Shown one piece after another: positions 30,519 through 40,742 of a stretch of 64,000 bases of DNA. The position numbers were made by a program, and so were the translations under genes. Numbering within the stretch: the stretch's first letter is position 1; the number at the start of each line of letters is the position of its first letter. The stretch comes from an uncultured Gammaproteobacteria bacterium (GTDB lineage: Bacteria; Pseudomonadota; Gammaproteobacteria; JAURND01), in NCBI GenBank assembly GCA_963714975.1, contig CAVQQD010000001.1:192001-256000 (forward strand), read 5' to 3'. The notes below the pieces were generated by a model that ran no database searches, was not told the origin of the DNA, and worked only from the letters and a program-made list of their open reading frames with translations.

Positions 30519-31073
30519 CGCCTATTTTTTGCTATTGAATTAACCCCTACTTTACGCCGAGCAATCCTGCGCGCCACCCGCCATTTTGCAACGCAAAAAT
30601 ATGGCCGTCCTATTCAATGGACACCTGAGGAAAAACTACATATTACTCTGCGATTTTTAGGGTCCGTGAATGAAGAAAAAATTCCTGATTGCCTAGACGC
30701 AGCAGCACAAAATCTCCGCGACATCAGTCCATTTGAGATTACCCTGGGAACTCTCGTGGTTTTACCCAAAAGGCACCCTCGAGTGATTGCACTTAGCGTG
30801 CCACTATCCGTGGAAATTGCTAGTTTATATTATCAGCTCGAAATAGCAATGACCAGATTAGAATTTTCTCCGGAAAATCGACCTTTTTTCCCTCATATTA
30901 CCTTGGGTCAGACTAAAAGTTTACTCACTCCGGCAGCTTGCTCAGCATTGCTTGCCGAAGACCTAACCCACCTCCACCATAACAAACAACGAGTGCGCTC
31001 TATTACTTTATTTCGTAGCGACAGTTCTGCCGCAGGCAGTATCTACACCTCACTGGGGCGCTTGTGCTTGTGA
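30498..31073 (+). CDS. thpR: RNA 2',3'-cyclic phosphodiesterase (2H family)
   Basis: RLFFAI, two HITL motifs (LHITLRFLG, PHITLG). Confidence 0.9.
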   Translation: MVTTKTQRLFFAIELTPTLRRAILRATRHFATQKYGRPIQWTPEEKLHITLRFLGSVNEEKIPDCLDAAAQNLRDISPFEITLGTLVVLPKRHPRVIALSVPLSVEIASLYYQLEIAMTRLEFSPENRPFFPHITLGQTKSLLTPAACSALLAEDLTHLHHNKQRVRSITLFRSDSSAAGSIYTSLGRLCL

Positions 31074-31095
31074 TCCCAGGTAAATCGCTAAACTT

Positions 31096-31935
31096 ATGCT
31101 ATACTCTCAAAAGTCTTTCGTTGGGTGGTGCACTATGGAATTTCTAAAACGCCTAAGCTGGTTTATTTTATGCTTAGTAATCACAGCCTCTGCTTATGCT
31201 ACCAATCACCACCAGGCGGTAAAACCCCAAACCCACGAATATCGTCCCGTGACTTACTTCTCCTCGATCGAAGTAGGAGAAAGTTTTAAGGTCTTCGTCA
31301 CTCACAAGGCCGGTAAGCAAGAATTAGAACTAATCGGTTTTCCTGACGCTTTGCAGCAAGTCATCGTCGCTGTAGAGGGTCACCGCCTAACTCTGCAATT
31401 AGAGCGCCCAGATCTGATTCCTCCCCCACATCGCCATATCATAGTGCGAGTAACTACCCCAGGCACTTTATCCAGCATTTATGCCTTTGGTAGTGCAGAA
31501 GTGATTATCAGTGATATTTACTGCCCGAACTTAGCCATTTATGCCAAAGACTGGGGGCAAGTCATTGTCCATGGCAAGGTGGTGTTACAGAAAATTGAAA
31601 CCTGCAGCGCCCGCAATGTTGTCGTCGATTGGACTAATTCCCGTCATGTGATTATCGCCGCCAGCGGACTTGGGCGCGTCTATGTGCATGGCCATACCGG
31701 CGTACTTAGTGCACGTACCCGAGGCAATGCTTGCCTAGAAGCCCAGCACCTGCGCGCCTACCAGGTGTATGTTGAAGCATTCCAAACCTCCATCGCTAAA
31801 GTCTTCCCCATTTATAGCTTGTATGCCTTTGCGGGACAGAGTGGCAATATCTTTTATTATCATAAACCCAGAATCCTCATGCGGCATACCGAACAATCAG
31901 GCAATGTATTGCAAGTGGCAAATAGGCCACTCTAG
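31096..31935 (+). CDS. DUF2807/GIN-domain beta-helix protein, secreted
   Basis: Signal peptide from MEFLKR (31135); FSSIEVGESFKVFV; terminal SGNIFYYHKP. Confidence 0.7.
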   Translation: MLYSQKSFVGWCTMEFLKRLSWFILCLVITASAYATNHHQAVKPQTHEYRPVTYFSSIEVGESFKVFVTHKAGKQELELIGFPDALQQVIVAVEGHRLTLQLERPDLIPPPHRHIIVRVTTPGTLSSIYAFGSAEVIISDIYCPNLAIYAKDWGQVIVHGKVVLQKIETCSARNVVVDWTNSRHVIIAASGLGRVYVHGHTGVLSARTRGNACLEAQHLRAYQVYVEAFQTSIAKVFPIYSLYAFAGQSGNIFYYHKPRILMRHTEQSGNVLQVANRPL

Positions 31936-31991
31936 GAGCCTTTGTCGGACTGACAAGCTCTCTCTATTGGCCTAGTCCAGCCAAGGTCGCA

Positions 31992-32239
31992 CTGAGGGCA
32001 ACTCTGCCAGGGCCGGCCAAGTCGGTGAACATGCTAATTTTACTCCATAGGTGTGGGGTGGATAGCAGACGCAGCCGTAGGGGTGACGCGTGGGGAAACC
32101 ACGCCGCGCGCAGCGTGCGAGCACGGCGGGTGACCGCGCGGCAGGACCCCGAAGGCGTTGCGTCTGCCCCATCCCCCTCTCCCTAAGGAAATTTGGAGCT
32201 GTTCACCGACTTGGCCGGCCCTGGCAGAGTTGCCCTCAG
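31992..32239. repeat. GC-rich structured element: perfect 40-bp terminal inverted repeats enclosing a multibranch hairpin
   Basis: 31992-32031 is the exact reverse complement of 32200-32239; inner stems gcagacgca/tgcgtctgc, gcgtgg/ccacgc, cgtg/cacg. Confidence 0.88.
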
Positions 32240-33297
32240 CCGAGGCTGCCCTGCAGCTCTGTGATTTCTATCAGATAATTTGCAAATTCATCTAATTTTA
32301 ATTCGCGATCGACAGCTCCCATCGCCTTAGCAACAGCGGCGATCCCAAAAACCACAGACGATTCGGGATCCTGAATCAAGGTATGGCCATGCGCATTTTT
32401 TAACTCCATCAAACCTTGGGCGCCATCATTACCCATGCCTGTTAATAAAATACCGATAGCATTTGCACCACAGATTCTAGCAACGGACTTTAACATCACC
32501 GTAATTGAAGGGCAGAACCCACTTACTTGATCACCAGACACAAGTCTTGAGATAAGTTTATCTTGAACGCGATCAATTTCTAGATGAACTCCATCTGGAG
32601 CAACATAAATGCTGCCTTTTTCCAATTCTTGCAGATTAGTGGCGTCTTTAACTGGCAAAGCAGTACTCTCGTTTAGCCACTTGGTAAAGCCACTGATAAA
32701 ACCAAAACTCATATGCTGCACGACTATAATAGGGAGAGGAAAATTGGGTGGTAGCTTCGAAAAAATAGTTTTTAGCGCCAAGGGACCGCCTACTGAAGTA
32801 CCCACCGCAACTAACTCATAATTTCGAAATTGCGACTTAATAAAAGTTATTTTGCTAGGTTGTGGAACTTGAATCGTGGGAAATCCTCGCTTAACGACTT
32901 TAATTGTTGCCATGCTGCGTAGGGTATCTACAATGCGTTGACGAGTTTCCTCGAATGAAGCTGCCAAAATGTTACTCGGTTTGGCGAGGGCAGTTAATGC
33001 TCCCGCTTCGAGGATATGGAAAGTGGCTTTGACTGATTCATCACTGACAGTGGAACTAATTACCACGATAGGAGTTGGGTTTTGTTCTACGATAATACGA
33101 GTTGCTTCAAGCCCATTCATTATGGGCATTTCAATGTCCATAGTAATCAAGTCGGGTTTTAACTGCGCGGCAAGCTCAACCCCCTCTCTGCCATTTCGAG
33201 CATTACCAACCACAATCATATCCGATTCTGGCTCGATGATATGTTTAATTAATGCAGTTTCGGTATCTGAGTCATCCACAATGAGAATTCGTATCAT
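32236..33297 (-). CDS. cheB: Chemotaxis methylesterase CheB (REC + methylesterase)
   Basis: ILIVDDS, DLITMDIEMP; catalytic GTSVGGP, VQHM, LTGMGNDG. Confidence 0.93.
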   Translation of the reverse strand: MIRILIVDDSDTETALIKHIIEPESDMIVVGNARNGREGVELAAQLKPDLITMDIEMPIMNGLEATRIIVEQNPTPIVVISSTVSDESVKATFHILEAGALTALAKPSNILAASFEETRQRIVDTLRSMATIKVVKRGFPTIQVPQPSKITFIKSQFRNYELVAVGTSVGGPLALKTIFSKLPPNFPLPIIVVQHMSFGFISGFTKWLNESTALPVKDATNLQELEKGSIYVAPDGVHLEIDRVQDKLISRLVSGDQVSGFCPSITVMLKSVARICGANAIGILLTGMGNDGAQGLMELKNAHGHTLIQDPESSVVFGIAAVAKAMGAVDRELKLDEFANYLIEITELQGSLG

Positions 33298-33301
33298 AGG
33301 T

Positions 33302-35548
33302 TTATACCCGTTGCGCTTCAAGATGAAGTGCATTATAAATGAGATCAGCTGAATTCAATACAATAATAATTTGCCCATTACCTGATAAGGTGGCGCCTGC
33401 AATACAGGGCACATTAATTAACGGGAATTGTAACGGTTTTATCACAATTTCTCGTTCGCCGATAACTTCATCGACAAGAATGGCGACAGAGTCCCGCTCT
33501 TTTTTAATCACCACTACGGGCAGTTGTTCGTCGGACGAAAATTTTCTAGCTGGAAGCTGCAATATTTCAGACAGAGCGCATAAATAAATCGGATGATTGT
33601 CCATTAAAATACCTTGGCTACCTTGCATACTAATGACGTCGGCAATACCCAATAACAATACTCGTTCCACTGAGTTAGTAGACATAACAAATAGTTGGTG
33701 ATTGCTACTTACAATCAAACCTCGCTCAGTAGCAAGCGTGAGGGGAACACGCAAATGAAAAGTTGTGCCTTTCCCCAGCTCCGTGGTCACAGTCACTCGA
33801 CCTTTTAAACTAGCAAGATTTGCTTTAACTACGTCAAGACCTACACCACGACCAGAAATTTCCGAGACGATTTCTTTGGTGGAAAATCCAGGGCGAAAAA
33901 TTAATTCGATAATTTCATCTTTCGCCAGGGTCTCGAGATCGGCTTTGGCTAAAATAGTTTTTTTCAAGGCATTTTCAGCCACTTTATTAATATCAATTCC
34001 TCCTCCATCATCAGAAATATTAAAAATAATTTGGTTACCTTCCTCCAGCACCTCAATGCTGATCCGACCCATTTCTGGCTTGCCACTTTTTTTCCGCCAC
34101 TCAACGCTTTCGATACCGTGGTCAATAGCATTGCGAAGGATATGAATAATCGGATCTTTTAAACCCTCCAGGACCATTTTATCAATCTTGACATCATTAT
34201 CTTTGATTACCAGCTCTACAGATTTCCTCAGGCTTTGTGCTATATCACGGACTACCCGGGGTAAATTGCGCAGCAAAGTTGCCACAGGAATCAGGCGTAA
34301 CATCCGCACTTCATCTTGGAGTGCGCTGAATAACACGGTATATTCATTAATGTGTACCTGCATTTCTTTATGCATTTGACTAATGTTATGGGCAATATCC
34401 TCGAGGAGATAGGTATTTTCGCCGTTACGGCTATTGTTAAATTCTAAGCTATTTTTCCTCCAATTAAGCATAAATTGCTTCATTCTATTATTTAACTTAA
34501 CCAGCTGATTAAAATCATCGTCCATAGCAATTTTGTTAACTTGCATTTCTTCCATGTAAGCAGATACACGGTCTAAATTATCAACCGCTACGCGGATGGT
34601 CTCATATTCGCTGGTTTTAGCGGCAGGCGCCTGAGGTTCTGTAATTGGCACTTGTGGAAGAGGCGGTTGCTTTTTTTCCAACTTGCCAGCAGCAGCTTGT
34701 TGTAACCGTAATAAAAGATCTTCAAGATCAAATTCAGGGGGTTTATTTTCCAAAAAACACTGCATGGCCTCTCGCATACAGTCAACTGCCCATAAACAAA
34801 GATTAATCATATCAGCAGAAACTTCTATACTTTTTTTTTGGACTGCAGCAAACAACGTCTCAACATGATGCGCAATTTCGCCGATGTTGGTCAGCCCAAT
34901 ACCGCGCGCAGACCCTTTTACGTTGTGTGCCGCCCTAAAAATAGCTTCAATCGTTTTAGTAGAATCCATTCCTTGTTTTTCATTTTGCTCGAATTCAAGC
35001 AAGGCATTGGTAATTAATTCTAGCCGCTCTTCCAACTCTGCCTTAAAGATTTCCATCACTTGTTGTTGAAATTCGTCAGGCTTAGGCTTGGTTTCCGTTG
35101 GTTTATGGGGTGTTTCTGGCGTAGATGGGAGTTTAAGTCCCGGAGCAGTTTGCCCCTGTTCCAGCTGTTTTAATAACTTTTTCAAGTCAAAAAGCAAGGG
35201 TTTTTCGTCAATGAAACATTGCATGGCTTCGCGCATACGGTCGACTGCTTGCAAACAAAGCGTGATAATTTCAGGAGAAATAGCCAGGGTCTGGGTTTGG
35301 ATGGATGAAAAAAGAGTTTCGACATGGTGGGCAATCTCTCCAACATCTGCAATACCAATTCCATGAGCTGCGCCTTTAATATTATGGGCTGCGCGAAAAA
35401 TTTCATTGATAGTTGGCGAAAGATCTACACCCTCAGGACTGCCCCTTTCTAATGCAAGTAGCCCATCAGTAATAGTTTGCAGTCTCTCTTCAAGCTCGGC
35501 TTTGAATGTGACTACTATTTGTTTTAAAAATTCAGCATTTGACCCCAT
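33302..35548 (-). CDS. cheA: CheA-like histidine kinase with two Hpt domains, no C-terminal receiver
   Basis: IFRAAHNIKG and IFRAAHNVKG, HILRNAIDHGIE, SGRGVGLDVV, C-terminal CheW domain. Confidence 0.93.
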   Translation of the reverse strand: MGSNAEFLKQIVVTFKAELEERLQTITDGLLALERGSPEGVDLSPTINEIFRAAHNIKGAAHGIGIADVGEIAHHVETLFSSIQTQTLAISPEIITLCLQAVDRMREAMQCFIDEKPLLFDLKKLLKQLEQGQTAPGLKLPSTPETPHKPTETKPKPDEFQQQVMEIFKAELEERLELITNALLEFEQNEKQGMDSTKTIEAIFRAAHNVKGSARGIGLTNIGEIAHHVETLFAAVQKKSIEVSADMINLCLWAVDCMREAMQCFLENKPPEFDLEDLLLRLQQAAAGKLEKKQPPLPQVPITEPQAPAAKTSEYETIRVAVDNLDRVSAYMEEMQVNKIAMDDDFNQLVKLNNRMKQFMLNWRKNSLEFNNSRNGENTYLLEDIAHNISQMHKEMQVHINEYTVLFSALQDEVRMLRLIPVATLLRNLPRVVRDIAQSLRKSVELVIKDNDVKIDKMVLEGLKDPIIHILRNAIDHGIESVEWRKKSGKPEMGRISIEVLEEGNQIIFNISDDGGGIDINKVAENALKKTILAKADLETLAKDEIIELIFRPGFSTKEIVSEISGRGVGLDVVKANLASLKGRVTVTTELGKGTTFHLRVPLTLATERGLIVSSNHQLFVMSTNSVERVLLLGIADVISMQGSQGILMDNHPIYLCALSEILQLPARKFSSDEQLPVVVIKKERDSVAILVDEVIGEREIVIKPLQFPLINVPCIAGATLSGNGQIIIVLNSADLIYNALHLEAQRV

Positions 35549-35559
35549 TGCCGTACGTC

Positions 35560-37275
35560 CTAAGCATGGCCTCTCAATCCTTCGGCAATTTCAGCTAACT
35601 GATTGATAGCAGTGCTGGTTTGTTTGACACTATTGACGAATGCGGCGGTCACTTGGTTGATTTCACTCATACCTACAGTAATTTGTTCAATACCGATCGC
35701 TTCCTGGCGAATTGCAGCTTCAATATGCTGACTGGCAATGGAAGCTTCGTGGGTCATCTCACTTAAACTTTTAATGACTTCTCCGGCTTTTTCAATTAGT
35801 TTACTGCCATTATCAACTCCTTTAGTGCCTTCTTCAGTGACCAAAACTGCTTCTTCTGCGGCATGGCGGATATCTTCTAAAATTTTCTGCACTTGGGTTG
35901 TGGATTGTTCTGATTGTTCGGCTAAATTTTTTACTTCAATCGCGACCACAGCAAACCCCCTACCTGCTTCGCCTGCTTTTGCTGCTTCAATGGATGCATT
36001 CAGTGCCAACATTTTAGATTGTTGCGCTAAGGCATTAACAACAGCAGTAATTTCTCCTACTTGTTGAGTTTGATTACTTAAGTCAAGAATGGTTTGGGCA
36101 ATAATCTGTACCTTATCACGTAACTCCCGCATTCCCTGAATACTTTGTTCCACAGATTCCATGCCAAGCTTAGCTTTTTCGCGAGTTTGTCTTGCCATCT
36201 CACCCAGGGTCTGTGCTTTTTCACTGGTTTGTTTTGAGCTCTTATCGATTTGCTCTAATGACGCGGTAATTTCATTAATAGACGAAGCCTGCTCTGTAAT
36301 ACCCGTGGATTGTTCATTAGCTGATGACCTTACTTCCTTTAAGGTTTCAATCATGCTATTACTTGTCTCCACGATTCTGACATTTACTGTTTTCATCCTC
36401 TCTTCATTCCGCTTGATTTCATCTTCATTTTCTCGAATAGCGACTTGCATCACGCCTAAAGAATGCAATAAATCGCCAGTCTCATCATTAGAGATCGTGG
36501 TAATTTCAAGATTACGCTCACCTGCAGCAATTCTTTGGGCGATATTGATAGCGTTTTGTAAGGGAGGAACTATTTTCGTAGCGGTAACCAGTGCAATAGC
36601 AATGGAAGCAAGGATTACAATGACTAATATGAGGATTTCTAGTAATTCTAAGACGGTCATACTGTTTGCTATTGTGACGCTACCCTGTTGTAATTTTTGA
36701 TATTGAATATCAAGTAATCCGCCACTGGGATTATTGGCAGGACCTTCTATGATATTCATGATCTTATTAAATAACGGCAATGTTTCAGCACCTAAAATCT
36801 CGGTTGCGGCCGCTGGAGTGCTGGCGTTTTCTACCTTCTCTTGTGCGATTTTAAATGCAAGGAGCAAAGGCTTGATATTTTGCCATCCTGAAACAAAATT
36901 TCGCGACCAATAAGCGGATAAATTATCTAAAATTAGTCGCAGATGATCAATGGCGACCGAGGCAGCAACTCGTCCGGATTTAAACTTAGGATCGTGAAAT
37001 AAAATCCAGCTCCGATTCATTGAGGAAGATTCCCACAAGTTATTTTCTAAGCTGATCATATTATTGTAAGTGGGTAAGTCTGATGTTATGAACTTATTAA
37101 CTGAATTTTTAGTGTGGGCAATGATAAAAAAAGTGATTATAGCGGCGACTATTAAAATAATGATGATGGTAGTATAACCCAGGAGTAAACGTTTACGGAT
37201 ACCTAGACGGGCGAAGTGAGGCTCATCTACCCAATGCCGTGCGTTATTTTGCGGAAATTTGCTTATTCCATTCAT
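35560..37275 (-). CDS. Methyl-accepting chemotaxis protein (2 TM, HAMP)
   Basis: QSKMLALNASIEAAKAGEAGRGFAVVA; HAMP DETGDLLHSL. Confidence 0.93.
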   Translation of the reverse strand: MNGISKFPQNNARHWVDEPHFARLGIRKRLLLGYTTIIIILIVAAIITFFIIAHTKNSVNKFITSDLPTYNNMISLENNLWESSSMNRSWILFHDPKFKSGRVAASVAIDHLRLILDNLSAYWSRNFVSGWQNIKPLLLAFKIAQEKVENASTPAAATEILGAETLPLFNKIMNIIEGPANNPSGGLLDIQYQKLQQGSVTIANSMTVLELLEILILVIVILASIAIALVTATKIVPPLQNAINIAQRIAAGERNLEITTISNDETGDLLHSLGVMQVAIRENEDEIKRNEERMKTVNVRIVETSNSMIETLKEVRSSANEQSTGITEQASSINEITASLEQIDKSSKQTSEKAQTLGEMARQTREKAKLGMESVEQSIQGMRELRDKVQIIAQTILDLSNQTQQVGEITAVVNALAQQSKMLALNASIEAAKAGEAGRGFAVVAIEVKNLAEQSEQSTTQVQKILEDIRHAAEEAVLVTEEGTKGVDNGSKLIEKAGEVIKSLSEMTHEASIASQHIEAAIRQEAIGIEQITVGMSEINQVTAAFVNSVKQTSTAINQLAEIAEGLRGHA

Positions 37276-37318
37276 TCAATATCCCTCCTGGAAACTTATT
37301 TAGACTACACCTGCGAAA

Positions 37319-37891
37319 TTAAGCTTGCAATAGCTGAGGATCTTTCATGATCGCTTCAATATTAATAATAGCAATAACTCCGCGGTGAAGTCCAATAACA
37401 TACTCAGTTTTAATCGCGCTAAGCGAGGGAAGGCCAGTGGCTAAGTTGACTGGCTCATAGGTATCACTGTCTTCGATGTTGTCTGCCAATATCCCCAAGG
37501 TAATGCCTTTGGTTGTAACAACTATTACTTGTGCTTTAGCCGTTTTTGTTTCCACACTCTGCAAAGTAAAGAACTGTTTAAGGTCTAAAATAGCAATCAA
37601 AGCGCCATGACGATTAATGATACCTTTGATAAACTGGCGTGAACGTGGCAAGGGAGTAATAAGTACATTACGCATTACCTCCTTAACAAATTCATAGGGA
37701 ATCCCATACGTCTCATTTTCGCCTAATTTAAACCGCACATACGCAACACCTGCCACGTGTTTTACCGTCTCAACTTTCAGCATTGCTAATTGCTTAGCGC
37801 GCTCATGCAAAATTTGCAGTTCTGTCTCATTTCGTGGCATGAGGTTGCTGGCATGTAGCTTGTGATGTCTCCTAGGGGAATGCATGATCAA
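37319..37891 (-). CDS. cheW: CheW-family coupling protein (WspD-like position)
   Basis: ETYGIPYEFVKEV, GIINRHGALIAILDL, GILADNI. Confidence 0.85.
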   Translation of the reverse strand: MIMHSPRRHHKLHASNLMPRNETELQILHERAKQLAMLKVETVKHVAGVAYVRFKLGENETYGIPYEFVKEVMRNVLITPLPRSRQFIKGIINRHGALIAILDLKQFFTLQSVETKTAKAQVIVVTTKGITLGILADNIEDSDTYEPVNLATGLPSLSAIKTEYVIGLHRGVIAIINIEAIMKDPQLLQA

Positions 37892-37915
37892 TACTCCTTA
37901 ACCATGGGCTCACCT

Positions 37916-38794
37916 TCATGGTTTTATAAAATATATTCCTTGATTATCTATATATTGCAGACCGGAATCTGCAACATTAATTGGATCAGAGGCACCTAAT
38001 AATAGATACCCGCCCTCCACCAGGCAGGCACTAATTTTTTTCATAATGCTAATAATACGTTCTTTATCAAAATAGATCAGCACATTTCGACATAAAATCA
38101 AATCTTGGGCATTAGTTCCGTTTAAAATAGCGGGGTATTTATTTGCATTTAAGTTAAGATAAGAAAACTTAACCAGGTTGCGGATTCTGGACGAAAGAAT
38201 ATACCCATGATTCTCTTTAGCAAAATATTTATTGAGATACTGCGGCGTTATGCTACGCATTGACCATTTCGTGTATCGACCAGAAGTTGCTTGCGCTAAT
38301 GCCATGGTATTGATATCTGTGCCCAGTAGCTGCAATGACCAAGCTTCAGGAGTGGTGAGGATTTCACAAAGTAAGATAGCGATAGTATATATTTCTTCAC
38401 CCGTTGCACAACCTGCACTCCATATTCGGATCGTTTTATTTTTTTCCCTGGTCTTTTTTGCGATAATTTCCGGAATAATGATATTTTCCAGCAGTCGTCC
38501 TTGCTGCTTATCACGAAAAAAATAGGTTTCGCCCACAGTAATGCCACCAACTAAATAATCAAATAGTGGAGAATTATCTGCTGCTTGCCGTAATTGTTCG
38601 AGATATTCTGTGGGTTGGCAATGAAATTTTTCACAGGCCTCCAGAATCGTTTTAAACAAATCATTGGTTTGATGCAGATGAATAACGATGCCTAAACGCA
38701 CTTGGATAAAGTTTAAAAAATCCGACTCGCAGGCTATCACCTTTTCGACAAGCTCTCTCGAATGTTGCTTGTAGATGCTAGCATCAATTTTCAT
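37916..38794 (-). CDS. cheR: Chemotaxis methyltransferase CheR (no TPR tail)
   Basis: TVGETYFFRD, IWSAGCATGEE, DLILCRNVLIYF. Confidence 0.93.
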   Translation of the reverse strand: MKIDASIYKQHSRELVEKVIACESDFLNFIQVRLGIVIHLHQTNDLFKTILEACEKFHCQPTEYLEQLRQAADNSPLFDYLVGGITVGETYFFRDKQQGRLLENIIIPEIIAKKTREKNKTIRIWSAGCATGEEIYTIAILLCEILTTPEAWSLQLLGTDINTMALAQATSGRYTKWSMRSITPQYLNKYFAKENHGYILSSRIRNLVKFSYLNLNANKYPAILNGTNAQDLILCRNVLIYFDKERIISIMKKISACLVEGGYLLLGASDPINVADSGLQYIDNQGIYFIKP

Positions 38795-39279
38795 ACAGCC
38801 CGTCGTCCCGGCTTCGAGCTAAGCCGAAAATCTAAAATACGTTCCATATTGATTAGTAATGAGACACCTGTATCTAAGGCAATAGCCGCAATAAAGAGGG
38901 AACTTGCGTTGTTAAATTCCTCACGCATTTGCATGATTTCCTCTTCAACATCAGCCAGCCCAAGGACTTCATCAATGATTAGACCTGCTTGAGCACCGTC
39001 AGTACAAAGTAAAATAGGGGTGGTTAATCGGTAGGGCTTATTGGGTGTAAATCCCAGTCTCATAGCTAGATCAATCACGGGGATGCTTTTGCCCGTAAGA
39101 TTCATTAATCCAGCCAAATAGGCAGGGCTATTAGGAACAGTTTCTAAAAAAACCAGTGGCAAAATTTTCTCAATATATTGAACATCCATACAGAAACGCA
39201 CATTTTGCAGCAAAAAATGCAATACTTGCAATTTGTATTTGATTGGTAAATTTGGCATACGATAAGTTCCCAAATGCAC
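38791..39279 (-). CDS. cheW: CheW-family coupling protein (WspB-like position)
   Basis: VPNSPAYLAGLMNLTGKSIPVIDL, GLIIDEV. Confidence 0.87.
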   Translation of the reverse strand: MHLGTYRMPNLPIKYKLQVLHFLLQNVRFCMDVQYIEKILPLVFLETVPNSPAYLAGLMNLTGKSIPVIDLAMRLGFTPNKPYRLTTPILLCTDGAQAGLIIDEVLGLADVEEEIMQMREEFNNASSLFIAAIALDTGVSLLINMERILDFRLSSKPGRRAV

Positions 39280-39384
39280 GCTCGGTATTTGTGTATTATA
39301 GTTAAGTATGCGCTAAAAGCGAATCAATGCTTAGACTGCGCCCGTGGCCTGAATCCACGGGGCTTTTCAAAATAGGATTCAACC

Positions 39385-40734
39385 ATGCAGAAAAATACTC
39401 CGCCAGATGAACTCTACCAATTTGCCAATGAAAGGATCGAAGAACGAAAATCAGCATTAATTGGTTGGAAAATATTAATAGTGGATGATAAAAAAGCTAT
39501 CCATGAGGTAATTCAATTAGCCCTAAAGGATTTTATTTTTGCAGATAAAATTTTGATTTTTTTACATGCCTATTCAGGACAGGAAGCAAGACAAATTCTT
39601 AATGAAAATTCTAACATTGCCATAATACTGTTGGATGTAACCATGGAACAGGAAGATGCAGGATTACAGATAGTTAAATTTACCCGGGAAGAATTAAAAA
39701 ATTTTTCTACACGAATAATCTTATGCACGGGTCAATTGGATTATGCTCTCGAAACGAAAATAGTCATAGACTATGATGTCAATGAGTATATAGCAAACAC
39801 ACAATTATCTTCAAATCGACTATTTACTGCTATATTAGCCAATTTACGTGCTTATCGTAATATACAACGACTTTCAGAGCAGCAACGCCAATTAGAAAAA
39901 ATTAATGAAGCAGCGTCACGCTTTATTCCAGCGGGATTTTTGCAGCTATTGAACAAACAGAGCATTATTGAACTAGCGCTTGATGATCATATTGAGCAAG
40001 AAATGACAATATTATTTTTGGACATTCGTTCATTTACCACGATCAGTGAGTTTTTATTGCCATTAGAAACCATCAAATTTATTAATAATTTTGTATCATA
40101 CCTAGAGCCTGTCATTGTGGCAAATAAGGGTTTTGTGGATAAATACATTGGTGATGGCTTAATGGCCATATTTGCTACTAAAGCTGATGATGCGGTAAAC
40201 GCAGCAATTGCCATGCTTAAGTCACTAGGAGATTATAATTACACTCGTTTAACCAAGCATCAAATACCTATTAAAATTGGGGTTGGAATTAATACGGGGA
40301 AAACATGTGTTGGAGTAGTAGGTTTCGAGGATCGGATGGATTGCACGGTTATTAGCACCGCAGTTAATGTTGCCTCGCGGATAGAAGATTTAACTAAAAA
40401 ATTGGGGACTCATCTACTGATTAGTTCCGATACTTTTTTGTCCCTTGAAAACTCCAAACAATTTCATTTTCGCTTCATTGGGAAAATGACAGTTAAGGGA
40501 AAACACGAGCCTGTGGGTATCTACGAAATTTTTGATATGGATCCAGAATCTATATTGCAATTTAAAGAACAAACTAAAGAAGAATTCGAAGCAGCGATTA
40601 GCTTATACATGACACGAGAATTCGAAGCAGCGAACAAAATTTTTAGCAAAATTGTTGCTCATAATTCCCACGATGCGCCAGCTAAATATTTTTTAGCAAA
40701 AACCGAGGAATTGCTAAGGTACTCACATAAATAG
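39385..40734 (+). CDS. Receiver-domain class III adenylate cyclase with short TPR-like tail
   Basis: REC (ILIVDD, ILLDVTME); catalytic LFLDIRSFT, VDKYIGDG, CTVISTAVNVASRIE, VKGK. Confidence 0.9.
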   Translation: MQKNTPPDELYQFANERIEERKSALIGWKILIVDDKKAIHEVIQLALKDFIFADKILIFLHAYSGQEARQILNENSNIAIILLDVTMEQEDAGLQIVKFTREELKNFSTRIILCTGQLDYALETKIVIDYDVNEYIANTQLSSNRLFTAILANLRAYRNIQRLSEQQRQLEKINEAASRFIPAGFLQLLNKQSIIELALDDHIEQEMTILFLDIRSFTTISEFLLPLETIKFINNFVSYLEPVIVANKGFVDKYIGDGLMAIFATKADDAVNAAIAMLKSLGDYNYTRLTKHQIPIKIGVGINTGKTCVGVVGFEDRMDCTVISTAVNVASRIEDLTKKLGTHLLISSDTFLSLENSKQFHFRFIGKMTVKGKHEPVGIYEIFDMDPESILQFKEQTKEEFEAAISLYMTREFEAANKIFSKIVAHNSHDAPAKYFLAKTEELLRYSHK

Positions 40735-40742
40735 GAGCACTG

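Noticed and set aside
31972-32278. Short ORFs on both strands
   Set aside because: Products of the GC-rich palindromic element with no protein motifs.
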